A DNA stretch of 53,138 bases, from positions 1 to 53,138 of the forward strand of contig JAGASX010000010.1 of the NCBI GenBank assembly GCA_017621525.1. The letters run 5' to 3'. The position numbers and the translations under genes were made by a program. Source of the stretch: Clostridia bacterium. GTDB taxonomy: Bacteria > Bacillota > Clostridia > Christensenellales > UBA1242. Every line of letters begins with the position of its first letter. Within the stretch, counting starts at the first letter, position 1. Below the pieces are notes generated by a model. That model saw only the letters and a list, made by a program, of their open reading frames with translations, was not told where the DNA came from and did not search any database. Below are positions 36,259-45,625 of this stretch, piece by piece.

Positions 36259-38370
36259 TTAAATTGAATAAATGGAATATTCGGCGGTTGAGGTTGTTTG
36301 GGTAACCAAAAATGTATTGGCGCCAAAACGCAACACTTTGGCGAATGGCACTTGTATGACATAAAGTGGGCGGGTAAAGTCTGCTGAATTAAATACGCAA
36401 AGATATTTGATGTCGGCAGAAATGCTATAATATGTTAAAATATTGTCGCCGATTATCGCCTTGATTTGTTGGCTACTTCCATAAACAGACTTTTCACCAG
36501 CAACAAAAGTTGAAAAATCAAATTGATTTTTGTTTGCATCATAAAATTTCCAATCGTCAACGGTGCAATGATAGTCGCCAAAATGCAGGGTTGGTTTAGG
36601 TTGGGTGTATAAAGAAAACTTTTCAACGATTTCTCCATTTTTAAGCATAAGATAGTTTTCGCCCTCGCAAGCAATAAACACATAGCCGTCATGCTCGGAA
36701 ATAACATTGTTTAAATCATACCCATTAAAGTAAATTGTTGTGTTTGCGTCATTAAAATACCATGTGTTTGTGGTGTAAGAGGTTGTTGTGTAATAGATAT
36801 TTCCTTGCGTGTCTACAAATTGCACATATTTTACGCTAAGTTTTTTATATTCCGCCCAATTTTCAAGGTCAAAAACATAGTCATATTTAGTTGAATTGCA
36901 AGAATAATATCCCTCATCTGCAATCCAATATGCGTATTTACCATTATACTTCACACGTCCGCAGGAATAAAAATTATAACTGATAGATTTTGTTTCTTTT
37001 GTATCCATGTTATATCGAACAAAATAATCATAGTAGTCGGGAGATGTGGAAAAATCCCAATAATAAATGTATCCATTGCGTAAGCAAACATCACTTAATG
37101 TGTCGTTTAAGGTTATCGTTTCTTTAACTGATAAGTCTTGGTTGTAAAGAGTAACTGTGTTGCCGTCAACTGAATAGATATAGCCGTTTTCAATCACATA
37201 GTCGCCTATCTCCTCCCTTGTTGGTGAAATGTTGTAGGTTTTTGTTGAATAGGTAAGAGAAGAAGTGTTGATATATTGAATTTCATCGGCAGTGATAAAA
37301 CAACATTCTCCGTTTTGGTTTTGATAAACATCATTGTTAAGCAAGTTCCATGCAAAGTCTTGCGTTGTCATGGTTTTGCGGGCGGTTTGTCCGCTTGCCT
37401 TGGACATAAAGTCCGCAATGTCCATATCGTTTAACTGAATTTTCCATTCCTTTAAATGAATATCGCGATGATTTATCTCTGGCTTTTCATCTTTAAAAAT
37501 CATAACCGTTTGAATGGTAAAATGCTCGTTTCTTGGTTTGTCTTTGTATTTTATTGTAATTTGCATTGAAGAAAAACTGCCATTTTCAATTTTTACATCA
37601 CCCTTGATTTTGTCTGTAAGGCGATAGTTTTTCTTTTGAGTGTTGGACAATGTGTTATAGAAAAAGTTTGAAGAAAATTCCAAATAATATCCGCCACCAA
37701 CTTTGCGGATATATTTAAGGTCATCAAGGCTGACCTCCTCCGCTTTTCCAGACCCCTGCAATTGACTTGCAAAAAGGTCTTGCAGTGTGTTTATATTTTC
37801 AGGCTTTTGATAATCCCATTTTAAGACAGCATTGCTTTCAATTCCGTCTTTTATTGTTGTTCCTTTATTTATATCATAATAGCAAAACTGCCCTTGTTCA
37901 TTTTGATACCCTCGAAAAGTTTTTGTGGTTTCTTTTTCGCCGTCAAGGTAACCGGCAACTTCTACATTGTAAAAACCGCGATTGAGGGAATTTTCAATTG
38001 TGCGTTCTATATGGCTTACATATTTGTCATAATTCACCGCCGGAACAATTGAATATGCGGTGATAAGTGAAAAGCAAATTAAAAATACAAGCCCGAAAAA
38101 GCCCATCATTGAATAAACAATTTTATTTTCGGTTTGCCTATCTAATTGCAATTTTTTTCTTTTCTTTTTCTCGCTCACCATTTCACTTAAAGATAGGTCA
38201 AGCACCTCGCAAAGTGCCGAAAGATATTCAAGTGATGGCAGGCTTTCACCTGTTTCCCACTTGCTGATAAGTTGGCTTGAAATATGCATACGGCTGGCAA
38301 GGCCTTTTTGTGTAAGCCCCAATTCCGCCCTGCGTGATTTTATTTTGCGTCCAATGTTTTCTGTATCCAT
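36259..38370 (-). CDS. XRE-HTH / single TM / large extracellular-domain protein (membrane-tethered one-component regulator)
   Basis: GLTQKGLASRMHISSQLISKWETGESLPS HTH, one TM, then a Tyr-rich beta-strand region; likely start MDTENIG at 38370 with GAGG RBS. Confidence 0.8.
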   Translation of the reverse strand: MDTENIGRKIKSRRAELGLTQKGLASRMHISSQLISKWETGESLPSLEYLSALCEVLDLSLSEMVSEKKKRKKLQLDRQTENKIVYSMMGFFGLVFLICFSLITAYSIVPAVNYDKYVSHIERTIENSLNRGFYNVEVAGYLDGEKETTKTFRGYQNEQGQFCYYDINKGTTIKDGIESNAVLKWDYQKPENINTLQDLFASQLQGSGKAEEVSLDDLKYIRKVGGGYYLEFSSNFFYNTLSNTQKKNYRLTDKIKGDVKIENGSFSSMQITIKYKDKPRNEHFTIQTVMIFKDEKPEINHRDIHLKEWKIQLNDMDIADFMSKASGQTARKTMTTQDFAWNLLNNDVYQNQNGECCFITADEIQYINTSSLTYSTKTYNISPTREEIGDYVIENGYIYSVDGNTVTLYNQDLSVKETITLNDTLSDVCLRNGYIYYWDFSTSPDYYDYFVRYNMDTKETKSISYNFYSCGRVKYNGKYAYWIADEGYYSCNSTKYDYVFDLENWAEYKKLSVKYVQFVDTQGNIYYTTTSYTTNTWYFNDANTTIYFNGYDLNNVISEHDGYVFIACEGENYLMLKNGEIVEKFSLYTQPKPTLHFGDYHCTVDDWKFYDANKNQFDFSTFVAGEKSVYGSSQQIKAIIGDNILTYYSISADIKYLCVFNSADFTRPLYVIQVPFAKVLRFGANTFLVTQTTSTAEYSIYSI

Positions 38371-38466
38371 TTTTTCCTCTCCGCTTACGTCCACATTATA
38401 TCACACATTATGTGGAATTTGCATAAAAACCACTCCACAAATAGTGGAAATTTTATATAAAATAAA

Positions 38467-38492
38467 GAAAAAGCCTTATAAAAAGGCTTTTT
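38467..38492. terminator. Terminator
   Basis: aaaaagcctt-ataa-aaaggctttttt-type hairpin. Confidence 0.65.
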
Positions 38493-38507
38493 TGTTTGTT
38501 TTTTTGT

Positions 38508-39005
38508 TTAATCTAATTTTTCACCACACTTTTCGCAAAATTGATTTTTGCCATTGTTTGTATATCCACATTTTGCACATTGCTTTTTAAGGGCACTGCC
38601 ACATTGGGAACAAAACATTTCACCCTCTGCAATTTCATCTCCACAATTTGGGCAATTGTTGCCAATGGTTGTATCAACAAGTTTTGTTGTGTAGCCGGCA
38701 ACTGCAATTTTAAATCCAAGTGAGGCAATCATACTGCCAAAACCGCCCATAACCGCACATGGAATGATTAAAACAAATGGCACTATCACCCTTGCAGTAA
38801 AACCTCCACCTTCGGCATCAAATGCGCTCATGCCAGCCGTGGCAAAAAGCACAAAGCATACAAATACGCCAACAAAACCAATTATTGCAATTGGAAGGCC
38901 AATAGAAAGCAGTTTTTTTCTTAATTTTATCGCTTTTTCACTGTTTGCAACATCATTTGCACCACTATTTAACTTTACTATTTCATCTCTTAAATTTTTA
39001 AACAT
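38508..39005 (-). CDS. Two-TM protein with C-terminal double zinc ribbon
   Basis: CPNCG...FCSQCG...CAKCG...FCEKCG. Confidence 0.85.
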   Translation of the reverse strand: MFKNLRDEIVKLNSGANDVANSEKAIKLRKKLLSIGLPIAIIGFVGVFVCFVLFATAGMSAFDAEGGGFTARVIVPFVLIIPCAVMGGFGSMIASLGFKIAVAGYTTKLVDTTIGNNCPNCGDEIAEGEMFCSQCGSALKKQCAKCGYTNNGKNQFCEKCGEKLD

Positions 39006-39073
39006 ATTAAATCCTTTTTATGATTTTAACATAAAAATGTGTATATTGCAACAATATTTGAAATATTTTAGCG

Positions 39074-39688
39074 TTATTTATTTTTGGTTGTCTTTTTATT
39101 CCAACTTCTATGTTTACATTTTGGACACTTCATATATCTTGTTCTGCCCATATGCATAGACCACATAATTTGATTAAATGTGGGAATATATAAATGCCCG
39201 CATCGACCGCATTTATAAAAACCCACTTTTGCCTCGATAAAAAAGCAAACACATAGGGCGATGATAAGGTTGGTTGCTCCAAAAATGATAATTAAAATTT
39301 TTAAGACTATGGCGATATTGAAAACATTTGGAAGAATTACGCATGACAAAAAAATCACCATTGCAAACCAAACTATAAGCCACTCAACCGCCAAAAGGCG
39401 TTTGGCGTTTCTGTCCTGTCCGCCCTTTAATATAATTAAATTTTCTTCTGCGTTTTGTTTATATTCGCTTTCATTTGGCAAACGCTTTCCGCAAAGTAAT
39501 TCATTGGCGGAAATTTCAAGTGCCTGACATAGTGGCAACATAAGGCTGGCGTCCGGAAAGCCTCTTCCACACTCCCACTTGGATATTGTTTTCTCGCTTA
39601 CCATAATTTGCTGGGCAAGTTGCAACTGAGTAATCCCTTTTGCCTTTCGACATTCCCTTATAAATCCGCCGATTTTTGATAGGTCCAT
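39074..39688 (-). CDS. XRE-HTH regulator with two TM helices and a C-terminal zinc finger
   Basis: Start MDLSKIGG at 39688 with GGAGG RBS; ITQLQLAQQIMVSEKTISKWECGRGFPD; CGRCGH...CPKCKH. Confidence 0.85.
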   Translation of the reverse strand: MDLSKIGGFIRECRKAKGITQLQLAQQIMVSEKTISKWECGRGFPDASLMLPLCQALEISANELLCGKRLPNESEYKQNAEENLIILKGGQDRNAKRLLAVEWLIVWFAMVIFLSCVILPNVFNIAIVLKILIIIFGATNLIIALCVCFFIEAKVGFYKCGRCGHLYIPTFNQIMWSMHMGRTRYMKCPKCKHRSWNKKTTKNK

Positions 39689-39788
39689 TTCCCCTCCTGC
39701 ATTTATTATAGCAAACATTTGGGCAAAATCACCCCCACAATTCGTAGAGTTAATTAAAAAATCCAACCACAAAAGGTTGGATTTTAAG

Positions 39789-40121
39789 TTATCTATAAAT
39801 CTCCGATTGAAAATATTGCTCTTGAAATTCGGTAAGTGCACGGATTTGGTCATCGGTGTAATTTCTACCGTCCTGCATAACCACAAGTTTGTCGTCGTTA
39901 TCATTTGTTCTATGTATGATTGCAACAACTTTTCCTGTAAACTCATCAAGTGGCTTATGTTCACCCAGCACATATGCATCAAGTTCTTCGCCGTCGCCTG
40001 AAATGGTGTTTGGAATATATCCATAATTTACAGGATATACAAAGCCATGTTTTGGGTGTTTGCTACCCAATGGTCTATCCATTTTTACAGTTACAATTGT
40101 GTTTAAATATTTTTTATTCAT
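39789..40121 (-). CDS. Short family I-like inorganic pyrophosphatase
   Basis: YPVNYGYIPNT, DGEELDAYVLG, DNDDKLVV; GGAGG RBS. Confidence 0.85.
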   Translation of the reverse strand: MNKKYLNTIVTVKMDRPLGSKHPKHGFVYPVNYGYIPNTISGDGEELDAYVLGEHKPLDEFTGKVVAIIHRTNDNDDKLVVMQDGRNYTDDQIRALTEFQEQYFQSEIYR

Positions 40122-40291
40122 ATTTTACCTCCTTTTTATATGGGGAATTTATTATATATAAATAAAATTATTTTGCAAGTATTTTTTATTTTATTTTTAA
40201 AAAACATTTATAAAATATATTCAAAAATTAAATTGTGTGGTATAATTAAATTATAAATAAAAATGCTATAATTCTTTTATAGGAGGAAAAA

Positions 40292-40891
40292 ATGTTTAAA
40301 GATGAAAATTTAAAAGAAGACAAGTTGTGTGAAGCGTTAAACCTTTTTAAAAAAGCAAGACTATCGGATAAACAAAAATGTGTGCAAGAAATGATTAAAA
40401 TTATTGATGAAAAGAAAGGCTATACTTTTATTCAGCCTGAAAAGGTTGGAGAATTTATCAAGTTTGGATATTACAAATATAATGAAAAATTATACGACAT
40501 TATGGAGATAATTCAACCTGACTATGAATATCTTAAAAACTTTAAGAAAATTAAAGATAAAGATATTGCATCTCTTACATTAAAAGAACTTGAAACATAC
40601 CTTACAAGAATTTTTAGAGGTGAAAAATTTTCTGACGGCGTCATTGCAAGCTGCATTGATGACGGAACACTTAAAAAACTTTTAGAAAGATTTTTGGAAA
40701 TTTATAGGGAAAATGAATTTGAAGAATTAAAAAAAGAAAGTGCAATTTTAAGAAAAACAATATTAGATAAAAATGGCAATGAGTATGAAATAGAAGAAAA
40801 ACTTGAAAATATAAATTGCCCAGATGACATAAATTCTTTAAAAAATGCTTTAAACAAATCTTGTGATAGCAAAAAAGATAACTTAAAATAG
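40292..40891 (+). CDS. Hypothetical protein, DUF6508-like
   Basis: LTRIFRGEKFSDGVIASCIDDGTLKKLLERF motif; AGGAGG RBS; TGGTATAAT upstream. Confidence 0.65.
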   Translation: MFKDENLKEDKLCEALNLFKKARLSDKQKCVQEMIKIIDEKKGYTFIQPEKVGEFIKFGYYKYNEKLYDIMEIIQPDYEYLKNFKKIKDKDIASLTLKELETYLTRIFRGEKFSDGVIASCIDDGTLKKLLERFLEIYRENEFEELKKESAILRKTILDKNGNEYEIEEKLENINCPDDINSLKNALNKSCDSKKDNLK

Positions 40892-40936
40892 TTATCTTTT
40901 TTCAAGATTTATATTTGTTTGAAAATTTGATATTTA

Positions 40937-41491
40937 TTAAATCATGCTTTTTATTTTTTCAAAAATTGGCAGGTTATCTTTATATCCTTTGGGGTTTAAT
41001 GGGCTTGGGTGATAAATTGGAATGAGTGTATAGTTTTTTCCGCCCAAAGTTATGGCAAATTCTCTGCCCACATAGTCTGCAAACCTTTCAATTTTCTCCC
41101 CCAAAAGTGCCTGCGTTGGGTGCATCCCCATTGTTAATATAATTTCGCATGGCAATAAGTTTAATTGTCGCGTCAAAATTGGCATACAATTTTTAGAACA
41201 TTTTGCAAGGTTTTTCCGCTGTTCAATAATGCATTTGCAACATTCGGTAAAATATATGTCCGCAATGGATAGACCTATGCCATTTAAAAGTTTTTCTAAA
41301 ATTCGCCCACTTCCCTGCAATTTGCCAGCCGTGTTGTAAAACGCCCTTCCGCTTTCAATCCAGCCGTCTTTTGCCGGGCTTTCACCAATTACGATAAATT
41401 TAGTTTTCCCAACCTGTACCGAGTTGTCAATAAGTTTGGGCAACTGCCCGCACAATTTGCAACCTGCAATTTCATCTTGAATATTTTGCAT
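40937..41491 (-). CDS. Uracil-DNA glycosylase superfamily protein (family 4/5-like, Cys-containing)
   Basis: CKLC, IVIGESP, YFTECCKC, PIYHPSP motifs. Confidence 0.85.
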   Translation of the reverse strand: MQNIQDEIAGCKLCGQLPKLIDNSVQVGKTKFIVIGESPAKDGWIESGRAFYNTAGKLQGSGRILEKLLNGIGLSIADIYFTECCKCIIEQRKNLAKCSKNCMPILTRQLNLLPCEIILTMGMHPTQALLGEKIERFADYVGREFAITLGGKNYTLIPIYHPSPLNPKGYKDNLPIFEKIKSMI

Positions 41492-41557
41492 ATCTTTCCT
41501 TTTTTTGTAACTTCATAAATATTATTTAACTTGCATTTTTTATAATCAATGTTTTTC

Positions 41558-41689
41558 TTATAAACAATCGGAAATAATTTTCAAAACAATTTCTTCTAAA
41601 TTATTTTGGTAAGTTATACCAAGTTTATTTGCCAAAAACAAACTTTTTCTTTTTATATTTCCATAATTAAAAATTGAACTTGCTATCAT
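41558..41689 (-). pseudogene. Short frameshifted ORF remnant
   Basis: AGGAG RBS + ATG at 41689 (MIASSIFNYGNIKEK) stops early; a second frame continues (KLFLANKLGITYQNNLEEIVLKIISDCL). Confidence 0.3.
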
Positions 41690-41786
41690 ATCGTTCTCCT
41701 TAACTTTTCAAAAATCCAAACAAAAAATTTTGAATTAAATATGTATTTAATGTACTCTGTACTATTTTAGCACAAGGTTTTTCAAT

Positions 41787-42341
41787 TTACAACTCGATGT
41801 TATATTCTTTTGCGAGTTGTTTCACCATCATTCGATACAGCCCTGCAAGTGTTGCGGTGTTTAAATAAGACTGACCAAAATGCACGCTGGCTTGTTGAAA
41901 CAAACTTTTTAAAGAATTTTCAATTTTATTTGCAATTTCATCTTTATGTTTAATGGAAGCCAAATCTGAAATTCGATTTAAATCTGAAGACAAACTGGTT
42001 TTATAAATTCTTTTATATTCTTCTTGGGCCTGAATAGACCAAAAAGTACCATAAAATGGTACTTTATACGCTTTAATCCAATCCCACATTATGTCTGGGT
42101 CTGCAACATTTGGCCCATCTGCATGACATCGACTGCAAAGTAAAACAATATTGGATGGCTTATCTTCGCCTCCCAAAGAATGAGGAACTATATGGCACCT
42201 TTGCAAGTTTCTTTCACATCCACATCGCCAACAATGAGAATGGGTTTCGCTCCAATCTACGCTTAAAAAACATTCATCTACACGTTCCGACCAAAACTCA
42301 ATGGCTTGCATAATTGTTGTCTTAATTGCACTTCTTTTCAT
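41787..42341 (-). CDS. HNH endonuclease
   Basis: CWRCG...RCHIVPHSLGGEDKPSNIVLLCSRCH. Confidence 0.85.
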   Translation of the reverse strand: MKRSAIKTTIMQAIEFWSERVDECFLSVDWSETHSHCWRCGCERNLQRCHIVPHSLGGEDKPSNIVLLCSRCHADGPNVADPDIMWDWIKAYKVPFYGTFWSIQAQEEYKRIYKTSLSSDLNRISDLASIKHKDEIANKIENSLKSLFQQASVHFGQSYLNTATLAGLYRMMVKQLAKEYNIEL

Positions 42342-42433
42342 AAATATTTCCTCTTATGCCTGTACTTTATCTTTGCATTTAACCAACATAAGAATAAAAT
42401 AATATAGTTGTGGCTAAGCAAATGTTAATTTCT

Positions 42434-42700
42434 TTATTTCAATCTCCACTTTTTGGTAATATTATCTCTTTCAATTTTATCTTCTTCTTCCAATTCCCTT
42501 AAAATAGCAACAACCCAATATTGTTGATTTGAAGAAGTGCAATTGGTTTTTTCACCCCAATCCATACCACAATCACGAAAAATATCGGCTTGTCGCATTC
42601 CTGAGCTATATCTTGAACAATCTTCTTTATTAGACATATATTCTAATACTAAATTTTTAAATTCCATTCTTAAATTTTCGCCTCTACTTTTAAAATTCAT
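42434..42700 (-). CDS. Small hypothetical protein, possible winged-helix DNA-binding protein
   Basis: 88 aa; AGGAGG RBS; GMRQADIFRDCG...ILRELEEEDKIERD...WRL pattern. Confidence 0.6.
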   Translation of the reverse strand: MNFKSRGENLRMEFKNLVLEYMSNKEDCSRYSSGMRQADIFRDCGMDWGEKTNCTSSNQQYWVVAILRELEEEDKIERDNITKKWRLK

Positions 42701-42783
42701 AAAACCTCCTTAATTTTACTTTATTATATCACAATTGTTATAAAAAACAAACCCAAACCGAGATTATCGATTTAGGTTTTTAC

Positions 42784-42802
42784 TGGCGGAAAGGTGGTGA
42801 TT
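42784..42802 (-). repeat. Degenerate tRNA-Ser 3'-end remnant (att-like)
   Basis: tggcggaaaggtggtgatt matches the tRNA end tggcggagagatagggatt at 15/19; hairpin lies just downstream. Confidence 0.55.
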
Positions 42803-42899
42803 ACATTCTAATAAATTTTACAATTTTGTTTATTTAATACCTTATTTAAAAACTATGTGCTATAATTAAAATGAAAATTTATGTAAGGAGGATTTTGAT

Positions 42900-43535
42900 A
42901 TGATAACAAAAGAACAAGTATGGAAGGGGTTAAAGTTAGAACTGCCAGATGATGAATTATGCAAAATATTCCAAGATGATGAATACGAAAAAGATGATTA
43001 CTATGATTATGATTTACTTATGGGAACTTTATATAAGGCAATCAATAAAGAGATTGATTTTGAATATTTTATTGATTGGTGCATTTTAGTTGCTAATTGC
43101 TATAATTATACAAAGGAGGGATATAAAACTAAATTAGGTAAATTATACCATGATGTAGGATATTTTTTTGATGGAATATCTTTCATGGACGGATACGACA
43201 AAAAAGATTTTATGGAATCTGTTGCAATGTTAAAACATTATGATTATTTAATTAAAAAAGCAAAGAAAGAAATAAGTGGACCTTTTGAAACAAACGGAGT
43301 AGAAAGAATTCTTATTTTTGACCATTGTAATCGAACTAACAACTCAAGTGTTTATAGGGTTTTTATTAGGGACTACAACAAAAAAGAGTGGGAACTAACA
43401 TACATTGATGATAATGATTTTGAATATGATGAAAACATCAATTATTCATTTGAAGATGAAAAGCATTTTTATAAATATTTTTATGAATTTTATGATAATG
43501 AAGAATGGAAAGAAGTTCACAATATGAAGTTCTAA
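42900..43535 (+). CDS. Acidic hypothetical protein
   Basis: 211 aa; AGGAGG RBS; TGCTATAAT upstream; very AT-rich coding sequence. Confidence 0.75.
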   Translation: MITKEQVWKGLKLELPDDELCKIFQDDEYEKDDYYDYDLLMGTLYKAINKEIDFEYFIDWCILVANCYNYTKEGYKTKLGKLYHDVGYFFDGISFMDGYDKKDFMESVAMLKHYDYLIKKAKKEISGPFETNGVERILIFDHCNRTNNSSVYRVFIRDYNKKEWELTYIDDNDFEYDENINYSFEDEKHFYKYFYEFYDNEEWKEVHNMKF

Positions 43536-43744
43536 ATAATTAAATATAAAAAGTTGGGATAATTATTCTCGGCTTTTTTTATACACTAATTAAATAATTA
43601 AGTTCTTGGCTTTATCCCTCTTTAGGTTTAAGTAATAAGTTTAAGTATATTAAAATTTTTGAGTGTAAACAATAAATCTTTGAACTCCTTAAATTTAGAA
43701 ATAAAAAAATCGCGCTCCAACAATACTGTTAGAACGCGATTATA

Positions 43745-43756
43745 ATTGGCGGAGAG
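43745..43756 (-). repeat. tRNA-Ser 3'-end direct repeat (att-like)
   Basis: attggcggagag is identical to 44329-44340; terminator-like hairpin aatcgcg...cgcgatt adjacent. Confidence 0.65.
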
Positions 43757-43761
43757 TGAGC

Positions 43762-44193
43762 CTATTTATTTGAAACATTATATCTTTCCCAGCCCCACCA
43801 ATCTGGTATCATATCAACTAATTTAATTGTTTTTCTTTTATTATAGTCAAGTAAAATTTCCATATCTTTATTTTTGTCAGAAAGCTGTAAAAAGAATTCT
43901 CTGCATGCACCACATGGTGTCCAACCACCAGTCCCATCAGGAACTCCATCTATATAACAAGTTAAACGTTTAACAACCTTTTGTCCAGACTGAATATACA
44001 TATTAAGAGCAGCTACTCTTTCTGCACAAAGAGCTATAACCCCACTTGCTCCTTCTATGCAAAAACCTCCATAAATTGTTCCATCTTCAGCTTCCAATGC
44101 ACATGCTACATGATGTGCTGTAATAAATGGAGATATCTCCTCTGGACAATATTGTCTTTTGGCTTCTTCAATAAGTTTTTCCCAAATATCCAT
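43762..44193 (-). CDS. Cytidine deaminase family protein
   Basis: Zinc motifs LCAERVA and TPCGACRE. Confidence 0.85.
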   Translation of the reverse strand: MDIWEKLIEEAKRQYCPEEISPFITAHHVACALEAEDGTIYGGFCIEGASGVIALCAERVAALNMYIQSGQKVVKRLTCYIDGVPDGTGGWTPCGACREFFLQLSDKNKDMEILLDYNKRKTIKLVDMIPDWWGWERYNVSNK

Positions 44194-44284
44194 ATATATA
44201 TCACCTCATAATATAATTTATCATATCATAAAATATGATTTTTGACAATTAGATTCATACAAATTCCAAAACAGTCATGTAAAA

Positions 44285-44324
44285 AGAAATACGAGAAATT
44301 TATCACTAAATGTTTCGTATTTCT
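44285..44324 (-). terminator. Terminator after tRNA-Ser
   Basis: agaaatacga...tcgtatttct inverted repeat with adjacent A-run. Confidence 0.65.
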
Positions 44325-44330
44325 CTCTAT

Positions 44331-44418
44331 TGGCGGAGAGATAGGGATTCGAACCCCAGGACCCTTTCAGGTCAACGGTTTTCAAGACCGCCGCTTTCGA
44401 CCGCTCAGCCATCTCTCC
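44331..44418 (-). tRNA. tRNA-Ser (anticodon TGA)
   Basis: GGAGAGA/TCTCTCC acceptor stem + GCCA; anticodon loop CTTGAAA; long variable arm; GGTTCGAATCC T-arm. Confidence 0.97.
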
Positions 44419-44454
44419 ATATTAAATTGTTGCTTTTCAACGTTTACAAGGTTT

Positions 44455-44483
44455 ATTATACACATATTGGGCAGATTTTTCAA
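44455..44483 (-). promoter_or_regulatory. tRNA-Ser promoter
   Basis: TTGAAA-17-TATAAT. Confidence 0.7.
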
Positions 44484-44571
44484 CTGTTTTACACAGATTT
44501 TCTAAAAATTTTTAAATTTTTTTGGTATAGTGGCTGTTTTTTTGCGAATAATCAATGGAAAGGAGAAAATT

Positions 44572-45171
44572 ATGAAACTTAAAGACAGCAAAACATATGA
44601 AAATCTTGCACGTGCCTATGCGGCAGAATGTCAAGCACGCACACGATATGAGTTTGTGGAATATGGGCTTCGTTATAACGGTTTTGAGGCGCTTGCACAA
44701 ATTGTGGACACCATTGCCTACCAAGAATTCAACCACGCCCGTATGCTTTACACACAAATTCAAGGTGCAGACCAAAAGCAAATTGACAACATTGATATTT
44801 CAGCCGGGTTCCCTTTTAAAGAAAAGTGGGACATGGAAAAGAACTTAAAACTGCTTGCAGAAGATGAGTTTTTAGAGGCAGAGGCATACAAAGAGTTTGT
44901 TGCGGTTGCAGAGAAAGAGGGTTTTAGCGACATTGCCACGCTGTTTAAGCAAATTGGCGAGGTGGAAATAAGGCATCAAAAACTTTTTCTTAACTTGTAT
45001 GAGCAGTTTAAAAATGGCACCCTTTACAAGAAGAAAAATGAAGAGGCATGGATTTGCCCTAACTGCGGATATATTGAATTTGGCAAAGAGGCGTGGGAGA
45101 AATGCCCACTTTGCGAGGCCGAGCAAGGCGTATGCCAAGTGGTTGTACCCGAAGAGTTGCGTTGTTGGTAA
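44572..45171 (+). CDS. rbr: Rubrerythrin
   Basis: KTYENLARAYAAECQARTRY, EFNHA, VEIRH, WICPNCGY...CPLC; AGGAG RBS before ATG 44572. Confidence 0.9.
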   Translation: MKLKDSKTYENLARAYAAECQARTRYEFVEYGLRYNGFEALAQIVDTIAYQEFNHARMLYTQIQGADQKQIDNIDISAGFPFKEKWDMEKNLKLLAEDEFLEAEAYKEFVAVAEKEGFSDIATLFKQIGEVEIRHQKLFLNLYEQFKNGTLYKKKNEEAWICPNCGYIEFGKEAWEKCPLCEAEQGVCQVVVPEELRCW

Positions 45172-45199
45172 AAAAAGACCGAATAAACGGTCTTTTTTT
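45170..45199. terminator. Bidirectional terminator (rbr/rpoZ)
   Basis: aaaaaagaccg-aataaa-cggtctttttt. Confidence 0.8.
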
Positions 45200-45202
45200 A
45201 AT

Positions 45203-45397
45203 TTATTTACTTGGCTTAACGTTGCCTTTTGCTATTTCTTCGCAAGCGATACTGATTGCCTTTTTGTCTTGGTCGGCAAGTTCCAATCTGCGTACGCTTT
45301 CAATTTCCTTTGCACGTTTTGAGATTATGTTGCAAAGAACATATCTGTTGCCATTTGTTTGAGCCAAAAGTTTGTCGATTGATGGTTGAATCATCAT
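45203..45397 (-). CDS. rpoZ: RNA polymerase omega subunit
   Basis: PSIDKLL...NRYVLCNIISKRAKEI...KAISIACEEI. Confidence 0.9.
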   Translation of the reverse strand: MMIQPSIDKLLAQTNGNRYVLCNIISKRAKEIESVRRLELADQDKKAISIACEEIAKGNVKPSK

Positions 45398-45625
45398 AAT
45401 TTATCACCTCACGCCTATAATTTCTTTGTTATTATAGCACACAAAAACCATTTTGTAAAGAATTCTTTTGCCTGCTTTTATGAAAAATTGCGTTTTTTGC
45501 TGTTTTTTTATTAAATTTTAACAAATTTTCAAAGAAAAAACCTTTACAAAACTCCGAAGAAAATTCTTCGGAGTTATATAAGTTTTGTTTTCTTTTCTTT
45601 AAAAGAAAAGTAGATACTCTATTTA

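Noticed and set aside
39689-40024. N-terminal extension of the 316-aa ORF 39074..40024
   Set aside because: Overlaps the pyrophosphatase gene in another frame; the RBS and HTH begin at 39688
44242-44582. Short plus-strand ORFs of 87 and 90 aa
   Set aside because: Antisense to tRNA-Ser and its promoter; no coding features
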